Shown here: in pieces, positions 7,865-18,736 of the stretch
Numbering within the stretch: position 1 is the stretch's first letter
Layout of the letters: every line of letters starts with the position of its first letter
Assembly: GCA_038200435.1 (NCBI GenBank)
Contig: JBBPXY010000015.1
Location: forward strand, 6,396-70,395
Source of the DNA: Solirubrobacterales bacterium
GTDB lineage: Bacteria > Actinomycetota > Thermoleophilia > Solirubrobacterales > Solirubrobacteraceae
Length of the DNA: 64,000 nt
Direction of reading: 5' to 3'
Translations under genes and position numbers: made by a program
Notes under the pieces: model-generated
Seen by the model: the letters and a program-made list of their open reading frames with translations, nothing else
Databases searched by the model: none
What the model was told of the DNA's origin: nothing

Positions 7865-9242
7865 CTACCGCACCACGGGCAGCCGGACGGCGACCCGTGA
7901 CAACGAGACCAGTCCGCTCGAACGCTGCGGCGCGTACACGTTCGTGCCCGCGATCACCTGCAACTTGAGCTGGGTGCCCGCCGCCGCCGAGAACGCGACG
8001 GGCTCGAGGGGCCGACGGATCGTGTGCGGGTGTCCGTCGAGTGTCACGGGGATCGGCGTGACCTGGTTGCCCAGCACCAGCCCGCTCGCCGGATCGACCA
8101 GCTGCGCGAACAGCCGCGTGACGCCCGGTGCGGCGGTGCCCGAGTAGGAGAGGGCGAAGCCGGGGGTGCCGACGATCCGGACAGTCCTCGACGGACGGTC
8201 GATCGGTATCGACACCGCCGTCGCGGCAGGGCCGGCGGCAATGGCGGCGCCCGAGGTCTGGCCGGGGGAGAGGGCGAGCGTGCCGGTCCCGAGTCCCGTC
8301 AGCGAGGCGCCGTAGCGCAGCGGGTAGTCGCCGCCGAAGCGCCAGGCTCCCGTCTGGTCGACCCACTCGAAGCGCGGGCCCGTGTTCACGCGCCGGTTGC
8401 GCTTGAGGTAGCGGTCAAACCAAGCCAACGTGTCCTTCTGAAGGTGCCCGGCCTTGCCCGCCTTGGTCAGGCACACGCCGTGACCGCCGCAGAACCACAG
8501 CATCTTCACCGGCACGTGGTTCTTTCGCAGGATCGTGTAGTTCTCGATCGCCTCGCGCAGGGTGAAGAGGGTGTCGGCCGTGCCTTGAGTGAGGAGCGTC
8601 GGGATGCGGATCTTGTGCACGAGCGCGCCCGGGCCGCGGGACTCGAACCACTTGACGTCCTCGGGCGGCACTGTGCCGGTGGCCGTGCCGTTCGTGAACG
8701 CATCCCGGATGTGCGGATCCTGATCGCCCATCTGCACGCCCGCCGGGTCGCCGCCCAGTCCGGACCCGAACGAGCTCGCCTCGCCGGCGCCCACGAGCGC
8801 GTTGATCCATCCCGACTTGAACGTCTGGTCCTTGTAGAGGCTCGAGAGGAGGTGGTGCCACGCGATGTCGGGCACGATCGCGTCGATGCGCCGGTCGACC
8901 CCGGCGCTGACGAGCGGGATACCGCCGCCGTAGGAGGCCGCCCGCCATCCCGAGCCTCGGGTCGCCTCGGTGATCGAGCTGCGCCTCGCGCTGCTTGGCC
9001 ACAAAGGAGATGAGCGCCTTCACGTCGCGCCCCTCGGTTTGCGGCCCGTCGACCATGACCTTGCCGCCCGAGTCACCGAACCCTCGGGCGTCCCAGGTGA
9101 GCACGTTGTACCCGCGCCTGCGCAGAGGCCCGACGCCGATCTGGCCGAACAGCTCCTCGGAGGAGGAGCTCTCGCTGGTGTCGCGGCTCTGCCCGTATCC
9201 ATGCCCGACGAGAACGGTCGGAGCGCGGTGATGCGGGCGCAA
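7865..9242 (-). pseudogene. CocE/NonD (S15 X-Pro dipeptidyl-peptidase-like) alpha/beta hydrolase; frameshifted and N-terminally truncated
   Basis: The N-part sits in ORF 8415..9242 (...TVLVGHGYG...LTWDARGFGDSGG...GDPRLGMAGG) and the remainder in ORF 7865..9004 (SYGGGIPLVSAGVDRRIDAIVPD...). The frames switch inside ggccgcccgcc (8936-8946), right at the GxSYGG nucleophile motif. An in-frame TAG (plus-strand cta 9277-9279) cuts off the expected upstream strands. Confidence 0.6.
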
Positions 9243-9311
9243 CCCCGCCGCTGGGAAGAACGAGTAGACGAGACCCTAAGCAGCCGGGCCGACCCGGTCG
9301 ATAAGAGTCAT

Positions 9312-10358
9312 ATGGAGCTGCGTACACGATCATGGCTGTGCCGCGAAGAGCTCGACCGCGAGCGACTTCTCGACATGGAGCAGCGCCTGGGCCCGCGCCG
9401 GGTTGCCTCGATGGCGATTCTCGGCGTCGCGTTGATCGCGACGGGACCTTGGCTTGGCTACTGGACGATCATTCCGCTCCTGGGCTCGGGGTTGTTCTTC
9501 GCTGTCATGAGCCGTGGCACCGCGCAGGCATCTCGCCCCGAGTACCGGATGGCCGCCGCATGGGTCGGCGCCCAGCTCGCCATCGCCGGCAGTGTCGCGC
9601 TGACGGGCGGGCCCCGCAGTCCGGCTGTCAGCTGGCTCGTCATCCCCGTCATCACTCTGGGAGCCCGCTTCAGTGGCCGCGGCGTTTCCGCTGGCGTAGG
9701 TCTGACCGCAGTGCTCATCGGCGCCACGACCCTGGGCGTCGACTCCACGTGGGTTTGGCATCACCCGGCCGACATGATCTTCCCCTTGGCGATGCTGGCC
9801 GCGATGGCCGTGCTGTCGACGGCTCTGATGGGCTCCGACCTCGCGCACCGCAGCGCGTCGATCATCGACCCGCTGACGAGCATGCTCAATCGCGCGTCGC
9901 TAAACGCGCGCGCCGCAGAGCTCACGGCCCAGGCCGGGATCGTGCAGCAGCCGATCGGATTGCTGGTCGGCGATCTCGACTGCTTCAAATCGATCAACGA
10001 CACGCACGGTCACGCGATCGGCGACGCCGTGCTTCGCGACGTGGCCTACCGGATCCGCCGCGAGCTGCACGCCTACGACCTTGCCTACCGCATCGGAGGC
10101 GAGGAGTTCGTCGTGCTCATGCCGGGAGCCGGCGCGGGGCGCTCGGCCGAGGTCGCGGAGAACCTGCGCCTAGCCGTGGCCGCCGAGGAGGTGGCCGGGA
10201 TCGCCGTGACGATGTCGTTCGGCGTGGCCGCCGCTCCCCCAGGAACCTTCGACTACGCCGAGACGTTCGCCGCCGCCGATGCCGCGCTGTACGAGGCGAA
10301 AGCGCGCGGTCGCGACCAGGTTGTAGGCGCGAGCCTGCCGGCCGTCGCTGTCGCCTAA
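9312..10358 (+). CDS. membrane-bound diguanylate cyclase (GGDEF domain)
   Basis: ATG 9312 (MELRTRSW) lies within ORF 8970..10358. About 6 TM helices precede DPLTSMLNRASL ... GDLDCFKSINDTHGH ... RIGGEEFVVL ... ALYEAKARGRDQV. Confidence 0.85.
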   Translation: MELRTRSWLCREELDRERLLDMEQRLGPRRVASMAILGVALIATGPWLGYWTIIPLLGSGLFFAVMSRGTAQASRPEYRMAAAWVGAQLAIAGSVALTGGPRSPAVSWLVIPVITLGARFSGRGVSAGVGLTAVLIGATTLGVDSTWVWHHPADMIFPLAMLAAMAVLSTALMGSDLAHRSASIIDPLTSMLNRASLNARAAELTAQAGIVQQPIGLLVGDLDCFKSINDTHGHAIGDAVLRDVAYRIRRELHAYDLAYRIGGEEFVVLMPGAGAGRSAEVAENLRLAVAAEEVAGIAVTMSFGVAAAPPGTFDYAETFAAADAALYEAKARGRDQVVGASLPAVAVA

Positions 10359-10364
10359 CCGGAG

Positions 10365-10712
10365 TCAGCTCGCCGGTGGGCCGGCACTCAGACCGAACGG
10401 GCTGCCCTCGGAATCGCGGCACACCGCGAATCGCTCTCCCGGGTGGATGAGCGTTCCGCCCAGGGCCGTGACGCGCTCGAGCGCCGCCGGCAGGTTGGCC
10501 ACCGCGAAGTAGGGGAGGGAGAAGCGATCGCCCGGTCCCGCGCCGCGCGCGTGTACGCCGAGGGCTGACCCTTCGTCGCCGGCCTGCCAGCCCTCGCCTT
10601 GCTCCGAGCTCCGCTCACGCAGCTCGACGCCGAGCAGTCCTTCCCAGAAACGCCGGGCGCGCTCCGGATCGTCGGCCGGGAACTCGACGAGCGCGCGGGG
10701 TGCGCCGCTCAT
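10365..10712 (-). CDS. VOC / glyoxalase-like small protein
   Basis: 115 aa with the pattern FPADDPERARRFWEGLLG ... GTLIHPGERFAVCRDSEGSPFGL, typical of glyoxalase/bleomycin-resistance folds. It has a 4-nt overlap with the upstream gene. Confidence 0.6.
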   Translation of the reverse strand: MSGAPRALVEFPADDPERARRFWEGLLGVELRERSSEQGEGWQAGDEGSALGVHARGAGPGDRFSLPYFAVANLPAALERVTALGGTLIHPGERFAVCRDSEGSPFGLSAGPPAS

Positions 10713-11002
10713 ACCGCTGGACTGTTGTCCCGCGCCCAGGCTTTGATGTCGCCAGATCCCGAGATCGTCTTGCCGTCGCCGAGTGCGAGCACCGGCAGCT
10801 TCTCCTGCCCGCTCATCTCCTTCAGCTTGGGGCGCTTGCCTTTCGTGAAGAGGCCGAGCGGCTTGTTCTTATCAAACACGACAGTCTCGTACGTGTGCCC
10901 AGCCGCGTCGAGTGCGTCGTGCACCTGGCGGCAGGGATGCAGTTTCGGCCCGGAGCGGTCGAGGTGGCACGTGTAGAGAGTGAGTTTGTCGGGCATGGCC
11001 AT
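10709..11002 (-). CDS. thioredoxin-fold protein (glutaredoxin / GST-N-like)
   Basis: This is the 3' part of ORF 10709..11572, starting at ATG 11002 (MAMPDKLTLYTCH...LHPC...KLPVLALGDGKTISGSGDI). The upstream part of the ORF is an Arg-rich shadow of the + strand gene. Confidence 0.6.
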   Translation of the reverse strand: MAMPDKLTLYTCHLDRSGPKLHPCRQVHDALDAAGHTYETVVFDKNKPLGLFTKGKRPKLKEMSGQEKLPVLALGDGKTISGSGDIKAWARDNSPAV

Positions 11003-11023
11003 GACCCTATCGTGCGGGTCAGG

Positions 11024-11800
11024 ATGCCTCATCCAGACGCCGATCCCGTGCGCTTCCGGCGCTTCTTGCCCGCGGAAGGGACCGTCACCGCGGCCGAGGC
11101 GGTTCGCGACGTCGTCCCGGACGGCGCCGGCGCGGAGGGTCGCCCGTATGTGGTGCTGAACATGGTTGCGACCGCCGACGGCCGCGCCGCCGTCAGCGGG
11201 CAGACGAGCCAGATCGGCAACCGCGCCGACCGGGAGCTCTTCCATCAGCTGCGAACGCGGACCGACGCGGTGATGGCCGGCGCCGGCACGGTGCGCGCAG
11301 AGCGGTATCGCCGCCTCGTGCGGGATCCCGAACTGCGAGCGCAGCGCGAACGCGACGGCCTGCGCCCGGATCCGCTGGCGGTGATCGTCTCCGGAAGGCT
11401 TGACCTGCCGTCCGAGGACGTTCCCCTGTTGGGCGAGCCGGAGCAGACGGTGGCGATTCTCACTTCCTCCGAGCGTGTCGTCGAGGGTGCCTCGGCGAGC
11501 ATCGACTACCTCCGGTCGGCGGGCGAGACGCTCGACTTCGCCTCGCTGCTCTCCGAGTTGGGCGAGCGCCACGCGATTCGCTCCATCCTCTGCGAGGGAG
11601 GCCCGACCCTCAACGGCGCACTGTTGGCCGAGGGCCTGGTCGACGAGCTCTTCCTCTCACTGGCGCCGAAGATCGCCGGCGGGCCGGATCCGTTGACCAT
11701 CGTCGAGGGCAGCGAGTTGCCTGATCCAGCCGACATGGAGCTCACCTGGCTCCTCGAGTCCGGGGGGCACCTCTTCCTGCGCTACAGGTTGCGGCCATGA
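11024..11800 (+). CDS. RibD C-terminal-domain / dihydrofolate-reductase-like pyrimidine reductase family protein
   Basis: ATG 11024 lies within ORF 10700..11800. Motifs: YVVLNMVATADGRAA ... GNRADRELFHQLRTRTDAVMAGAGT ... ILCEGGPTLNGALL ... DELFLSLAPKIAGG. Confidence 0.7.
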   Translation: MPHPDADPVRFRRFLPAEGTVTAAEAVRDVVPDGAGAEGRPYVVLNMVATADGRAAVSGQTSQIGNRADRELFHQLRTRTDAVMAGAGTVRAERYRRLVRDPELRAQRERDGLRPDPLAVIVSGRLDLPSEDVPLLGEPEQTVAILTSSERVVEGASASIDYLRSAGETLDFASLLSELGERHAIRSILCEGGPTLNGALLAEGLVDELFLSLAPKIAGGPDPLTIVEGSELPDPADMELTWLLESGGHLFLRYRLRP

Positions 11801-12297
11801 CGCGCGCGGGATACCTCGGCCTGGGCTCCAACCTGGGGGAGCGGCGCGCGCACCTCGAGGCTGCCGTCGCCGAGTTGCGCCGGAGCGGAGTCGAGGTGGT
11901 GGCCGCATCTTCGGTCTACGACACCGAGCCCGTGGGAGAGGTGCTCGACCAGCCCGAGTTCCTCAACGCCTGCCTGCGGGTCAGGACCGCGCTCGAGCCC
12001 GAGGAACTGCTCGACGTGTGCAAAGCCGCCGAGCGCGCCGTGGGTCGCGAGGCGGGGGGCCAGCCTCAGGGCCCGCGCGTGATCGACATCGACGTGCTCC
12101 TGCTCGGTGGCCTGACCTTCGCCTCGGAGCGGATGCGGATCCCCCACCCCGAGGTCAGCGGGCGCCGGTTCGTTCTCGTGCCGCTGCTCGAGCTCGACCC
12201 CGAGCTTGCGTTGCCCGACGGAACGCAACTGCGAGTCGCCCTGGAGAAGTTGGGGAATGGGCAGTGGGTGCGCCTTGCCGGTGCGCCTCTGAGCTGA
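11797..12297 (+). CDS. folK: 2-amino-4-hydroxy-6-hydroxymethyldihydropteridine diphosphokinase
   Basis: Motifs YLGLGSNLGER, SSVYDTEPVG, RVIDIDVLL, IPHPEVSGRRFVLVPL. It has an ATGA overlap with the upstream gene. Confidence 0.9.
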   Translation: MTRAGYLGLGSNLGERRAHLEAAVAELRRSGVEVVAASSVYDTEPVGEVLDQPEFLNACLRVRTALEPEELLDVCKAAERAVGREAGGQPQGPRVIDIDVLLLGGLTFASERMRIPHPEVSGRRFVLVPLLELDPELALPDGTQLRVALEKLGNGQWVRLAGAPLS

Positions 12298-12413
12298 TCG
12301 AGCCGGCCCTAGCGGCCGGGACGTGTCGGTGACCTACATGGGGAACTCGGTGCTCCAGCCGTCGTCGACGGCGACGCTGACGGTGCGAGTGCGACGGTAG
12401 GCTTGCCGATCAA

Positions 12414-12487
12414 GGCTCCGTAGCTCAGCTGGTTAGAGCGCACGGCTCATAATCGTGAGGTCCCTGGTTCGAGTCCAGGCGGAGCTA
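12414..12487 (+). tRNA. tRNA-Met (anticodon CAU; elongator-like, though an Ile2/lysidine type cannot be excluded by eye)
   Basis: Cloverleaf:
- acceptor GGCTCCG/CGGAGCT (G1-U72 wobble)
- D arm GCTC-AGCTGGTTA-GAGC
- anticodon arm CACGG-CTCATAA-TCGTG
- T arm CCTGG-TTCGAGT-CCAGG
- discriminator A. Confidence 0.9.
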
Positions 12488-12563
12488 CTTCGCCCGCAAC
12501 TCCACTTGCACTCGGGGGTTGAAGTGGTAGGTCCAAACCCGCCACCCCTCTGGAGCAACTTCC

Positions 12564-12941
12564 ATGCGCAAGCTCGTCCTCTTCGTTCTTCTCGCCGTCG
12601 CGCTTGTCGTGCCGGCTCTTGCCCTCGCCTCGGGCGGTAGTCATGACTCGAAGGACGGCCATCACCGTGCCGGTCACGGCGTCGCCAAGGCCGCCATCGC
12701 CGCCTGCCAGTCCGAGCGCACCGCTGACGCCGCCGCGTTCAAGACCAAGTACGCCAACGAGAAGGGCAAGAAGGCCTTCCGCCGTTGCGTCAAGCAGCAC
12801 GTGCGTAGCGCCAAGAAGGCGTGCCGCGCGGAGCGGAAGTCGGACAAGGCGGCCTTCAAGACCAAGTACGGCGATGCCAAGGGCAAGCATGCCGGCCGCC
12901 GCTGCGTTCGCCAGCACAGCGGCGACGCGATCTCCTCCTAG
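12564..12941 (+). CDS. small secreted Lys-rich protein with two Cys-containing internal repeats
   Basis: The signal peptide is MRKLVLFVLLAVALVVPALALASG. Two roughly 38-aa repeats follow, each of the form C..ER..D.AAFKTKY...KGK.A.RRCV.QH. Confidence 0.65.
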   Translation: MRKLVLFVLLAVALVVPALALASGGSHDSKDGHHRAGHGVAKAAIAACQSERTADAAAFKTKYANEKGKKAFRRCVKQHVRSAKKACRAERKSDKAAFKTKYGDAKGKHAGRRCVRQHSGDAISS

Positions 12942-12959
12942 GGAACAGCGCGGATCCAC

Positions 12960-13008
12960 GCCCGCCCGCGGCTGCTCCAGCAGCGCCGCGGGCGGGCGCC
13001 GTCGTTTT
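12960..13008 (+). terminator. rho-independent terminator candidate
   Basis: A 13-bp stem, GCCCGCCCGCGGC (12960-12972) / GCCGCGGGCGGGC (12985-12997), is followed by GCCGTCGTTTTCG. Confidence 0.6.
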
Positions 13009-13039
13009 CGACACCCCGGCCGGGGGGTAGCGACACCAC

Positions 13040-13936
13040 GTGTCCCCGGATCTGCAACAGCGGTGTCCGCTTCTCGCGGTCCCCAACTTCTCGGAGGGGC
13101 GCGACGACGCGATCCTCGAGGCGATCGGCGACGCGCTGGGCGCCGGGGACGGAGTGCGCCTGCTCGACGTCCACCGCGACGCCGACCACAACCGCTCGGT
13201 CTTCACGCTCGCTGGCGGACCGGCGGCACTCGCTCCGGCCCTCGTAAACGGGGCGCGTGCGGCGCTCGAGCGCGTCTCGATTCCCGATCACGCGGGCGTG
13301 CACCCGCGCGTGGGAGTGCTCGACGTTGCCCCGATCGTCCATCTGCATGACGCAGATCGCGGCGCTGCATGCGCCGAAGCGCTCGTGCTGGGGGAGGAGC
13401 TGGGTCGCGAGCTCGGCCTGCCGGTCCTGCTCTACGGGGCGCTCGCCTCGGGACGCACACGGGCCGACCTGCGGCGCGGCGGCCCCGAGGCGCTGGGGGC
13501 GCGGCTCGCGTCGGGCGAGCTGCGCGCCGACTTTGGCCCGTCCAGGCTGCACCCCCGCGGCGGTGCTGTGCTGGTCGGCGCGCGGCCTCCGCTCGTGGCG
13601 TTCAACCTCGAGCTGGCTCCTCCGGCGAGACTGGAGGAAGCCCAGCAGATCGCCGCGCGCGTGCGCGAAGGCGGCGCGGAAGGCCTCCCCGGGGTGCGCG
13701 CCATTGGGCTCGAGCTCCCCTCGAGCGGGGTGGCGCAGGTCTCGTTCAACGTCGAGGACCCGACCCGCGTGCCGCTCGCGACGCTGGTCGAGGCAGTCGG
13801 CCGTCACGCCGAGATCGCGGCCGCCGAGCTCGTCGGCCTCGCCCCCGAGGCGGCGCTGGGGGGGTTCCCGCCCGACCTGCCGATGCCGGGGTTCGACCCG
13901 GAGCGCCACGTGATCGAACACGCGCTCAGTCTCTAA
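13040..13936 (+). CDS. glutamate formimidoyltransferase (FtcD N-terminal type)
   Basis: GTG start. Motifs LLAVPNFSEGRD, HRDADHNRSVFTL, HPRVGVLDVAPIV. The 298-aa length fits the family. Confidence 0.8.
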   Translation: MSPDLQQRCPLLAVPNFSEGRDDAILEAIGDALGAGDGVRLLDVHRDADHNRSVFTLAGGPAALAPALVNGARAALERVSIPDHAGVHPRVGVLDVAPIVHLHDADRGAACAEALVLGEELGRELGLPVLLYGALASGRTRADLRRGGPEALGARLASGELRADFGPSRLHPRGGAVLVGARPPLVAFNLELAPPARLEEAQQIAARVREGGAEGLPGVRAIGLELPSSGVAQVSFNVEDPTRVPLATLVEAVGRHAEIAAAELVGLAPEAALGGFPPDLPMPGFDPERHVIEHALSL

Positions 13937-13947
13937 GCTCCGTCACG

Positions 13948-14295
13948 ATGGCCCAGACCAAGAAGAAGCGGCGCTCCAAGCACCGGGGCAACGCCGCCGG
14001 CTCCGTCGAAGCGCGCGGGCGCACCGGCCGCCGTCCCCGTCCCGAGGAGAACAAGGCCGCCGCGCGCACACAGGGCCGGCGTGATCGCCTGACCAAGCCT
14101 CCGACCTGGCGCAGCTCGGCCATCCGCGCAGCTCTGACGGCCGCCGTCCTCTTCCCGATCCTGCTGCTGCTCCTGAAGGCCCCAGCGGCCACCGCGGGCG
14201 TGATGACGGTCGTCGCCTTCGGCATCTACGTGCCGATGAGCTACTACACCGACCTCTTCGTCTTCCGCCGCCGCGAGCGCAAGAAGGCGGCATGA
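13948..14295 (+). CDS. small membrane protein with a highly basic N-terminal tail
   Basis: ATG 13948 lies inside ORF 13369..14295. The sequence MAQTKKKRRSKHRGNAAG... is followed by two hydrophobic helices (AALTAAVLFPILLLLL, GVMTVVAFGIYVPM). Confidence 0.55.
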   Translation: MAQTKKKRRSKHRGNAAGSVEARGRTGRRPRPEENKAAARTQGRRDRLTKPPTWRSSAIRAALTAAVLFPILLLLLKAPAATAGVMTVVAFGIYVPMSYYTDLFVFRRRERKKAA

Positions 14296-14936
14296 TCGAA
14301 GTCCAGTCGTTGACGGTCGGGATGGTGCAGGAGAACTGCTACCTCGTCCGCCTTGCGGGGTCCGACCGGGTCGTGATCATCGATCCGGGCGATGAGCCCG
14401 ACCGCCTGCTCGGCGCGATCCGCGATCTCGGCGTGACCCTCGAGGCAATCCTCCTCACCCACACGCACTTCGACCATGTCGGCGCCGTCGCACCGGTGGC
14501 GCGGGCGACCGGCGCGCCCGTGTGGTGCCCCGAGCTTGAGGTGCCGGTGCTCGCCGACATCATGTCCTTCGTTCCGTGGCCGGGGTTCGGCCCCTTCGAG
14601 TCCTACGACGCCGACCACACCGTGCGCGGAGGGGAGACGCTCGAGCTCGCGGGGATGTCGTTCGAAGTGCTCTTCACACCCGGCCACTCACCGGGCCACG
14701 TGACCTACGCGGTGCGCGAAGAATCGGCGCTTTTCTCGGGCGACGTGCTGTTCGAGGGTTCGGTGGGCCGCGTCGATCTTCCCGGCGGCGACTGGCCGAC
14801 GCTCCTCACATCGATCACGACGCTGGTCGAGGAGTTCCCGGCCGAAACGGTCGTGTACCCGGGGCACATGGGCGTCACCACGCTCGGGCGAGAGCGCCAG
14901 AGCAACCCGTTCTTGCGCGAGCTAAGCGCTTCGTGA
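14292..14936 (+). CDS. MBL-fold metallo-hydrolase (hydroxyacylglutathione-hydrolase-like)
   Basis: Motifs ILLTHTHFDHVGA, TPGHSPGH, GDVLFEGSVGRVD. It has an ATGA overlap with the upstream gene. Confidence 0.85.
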   Translation: MIEVQSLTVGMVQENCYLVRLAGSDRVVIIDPGDEPDRLLGAIRDLGVTLEAILLTHTHFDHVGAVAPVARATGAPVWCPELEVPVLADIMSFVPWPGFGPFESYDADHTVRGGETLELAGMSFEVLFTPGHSPGHVTYAVREESALFSGDVLFEGSVGRVDLPGGDWPTLLTSITTLVEEFPAETVVYPGHMGVTTLGRERQSNPFLRELSAS

Positions 14937-16173
14937 GCGCGCGCCTGCAGGCGCCGCGCGGCACGTTCGACGTGCTGCCTGAGGACTCCGCGCGCCGCTC
15001 CGAGCTCGAGAGCACGGCTCGCCGGCTGCTCGAAGCCGCCGGATACCGCCGAATCGAGACGCCCACGTTTGAGGCCACCGAGCTCTTCGCCCGCGGAGTG
15101 GGGGAGGCCACCGACATCGTGCAGAAGGAGATGTACTCCTTCGACGACGGAGGCGGGCGATCGCTCACACTACGTCCCGAGGGCACGGCACCCGTCTGCC
15201 GCGCCTACCTCGAGCACGGGATGCACAAGCTGCCCCAGCCCGTGCGCCTTTGGTACGCAAGCTCGTTCTTCCGCCGCGAGCGCGCGCAGGCCGGGCGCTT
15301 TCGCCAGTTCTGGCAGGTGGGCGCCGAGGCGATCGGCTCCGATGACCCCGCGCTCGACGCCGAGACGATCCTGCTGCTCGCCGAGCTGCTCGACGCTGTC
15401 GGGGTGCGCGGCACGCGGTTGCGCATCGGCTCGCTCGGTAGTGCGGAGACCCGCGCCACCTACCGCGAGGAGCTAGCCGCTCACCTGCGCGCGCACGAGA
15501 GCGAGCTCTCCGACGAGGTCCGCGCCCGGATCGACTTGAACCCGCTGCGCGCCTTCGACGCTGATCACGCGGGTACGCGCCGGGTGATGGAGACCGCGCC
15601 CCGGCTCTTCGACCGGCTCTCCGGCGAAGACGCCCAGCACTTCGCGCAGGTGTGCGCCGCGCTCGACGACGCCGGCCAGCCCTACGTTCTCGACACCACG
15701 CTCGTGCGCGGTCTCGACTACTACACGCGCACGCTGTACGAGTTCACCTCCGACGAGCTCGGAGCCCAGAGCGGCGTGGGGGGCGGTGGGCGCTACGACG
15801 GGTTGGTCGAGCAGCTCGGCGGTTCCGCGACGCCCGGCGTCGGGTGGGCGGCCGGGATCGAGCGCATGCTGCTCGCGGGCGGCGACTCGGAGAATGCAGC
15901 GCCGGTGGTCGACCTGCTCGTGGCGCCCGGCGAGGGCCGGTCTCGCCTTCTCGCCTCGCGGCTGGCGCTGCAGGCACGACGCGCGGGGCTGACCGCCGAG
16001 CTCGAGGCCGGCGGTCGCTCGCGCAAAGGCCAGCTCAAGCACGCCGATCGCATCGGCGCCCGCTGGGTGGCGCTGGTCGACGAAGAGGCGGTGTCGCTCA
16101 AGGACATGGGCTCGGGCGAGCAGCGCGAGATCGCCCCCGGCGATCTCGTAGACGCGGTTGCGGAGCCGGCAAC

Positions 16174-16177
<4 letters not shown>
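14933..16177 (+). CDS. hisS: histidine--tRNA ligase
   Basis: GTG 14933 (GTGA overlap) lies within ORF 14576..16177. Motifs PRGTFDVLP, LRPEGTAPVCR, FRRERAQAGRFRQFWQ, GGGGRYDGL. Confidence 0.9.
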
Positions 16178-17964
<1,787 letters not shown>

Positions 17965-17997
17965 CGCTCCGGGGCCTACCTGCCGATCACTACCGCG

Positions 17998-18708
17998 ATG
18001 TCACAGATATCGCGTCCGGTCCTCATCGCCCTCATCGCCGCCTTCGCCTTCGCGGGCGTCTGGTTCGTCGCGCTGCGTCCGAAGGGCGACAGCGGCTCAT
18101 CCACCTCATCGCCCTCCGCGCACAGCGCGCCCGGCGAGACCGGTCTGAAGCGCGCCGTCGACAAGGCTCACGGCGTCGTCAACGATTCCAACCGCGCCCA
18201 GGGCGTGCCGCACCCGATCGCCCCGGCGGCCATGAAGCCCCCCGGTGCCGCGCCGAGCGCCACGGCTCCTGCGCCGGCCTCGCCCGGTGCTGTGGCTCGT
18301 TCCAAGACTCCTCCCTCGCGCTACCACGGCGGCGTCGGGCGCGTAGAGCGAGCGCTCGCCGCGCATCACACCGTCGCCATCCTCTTCTACAACCCCGCGG
18401 CCTCCGACGATCGCGCGGTGAGAGGGGTGCTCGACCACGTCGACCGCCGTCAAGGCCGCGTCGATACCTTCGCTGCACCGGTCTCCCAGCTCTCGCGCTA
18501 CGGGCCCATCACGACGAAGGTGGCTGTGTTTGGCTCGCCCACCGTCGTAATCGTCGATCCGGCGGGCCAAGCCAGTGCTCTCACCGGGTTCGTTGACCGG
18601 CTCGAGATGCAGCAGCGCATCGACGACGCGGTGGGCCCGATTGCTCATCTGCGCGACCAGCGTCGCGGCGCTCATCGCGCGCGCCGCGGTCACTCGCGCC
18701 GCCGCTAA
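17998..18708 (+). CDS. membrane-anchored protein with Pro/Ala linker and thioredoxin-like C-terminal region lacking CxxC
   Basis: It has an N-terminal TM helix (VLIALIAAFAFAGVWFVAL), a low-complexity linker, and then the segment TVAILFYNPAASDD...SPTVVIVD. Confidence 0.5.
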   Translation: MSQISRPVLIALIAAFAFAGVWFVALRPKGDSGSSTSSPSAHSAPGETGLKRAVDKAHGVVNDSNRAQGVPHPIAPAAMKPPGAAPSATAPAPASPGAVARSKTPPSRYHGGVGRVERALAAHHTVAILFYNPAASDDRAVRGVLDHVDRRQGRVDTFAAPVSQLSRYGPITTKVAVFGSPTVVIVDPAGQASALTGFVDRLEMQQRIDDAVGPIAHLRDQRRGAHRARRGHSRRR

Positions 18709-18736
18709 CAGGCGCAGCGCGCGGCATACTGGCCGC

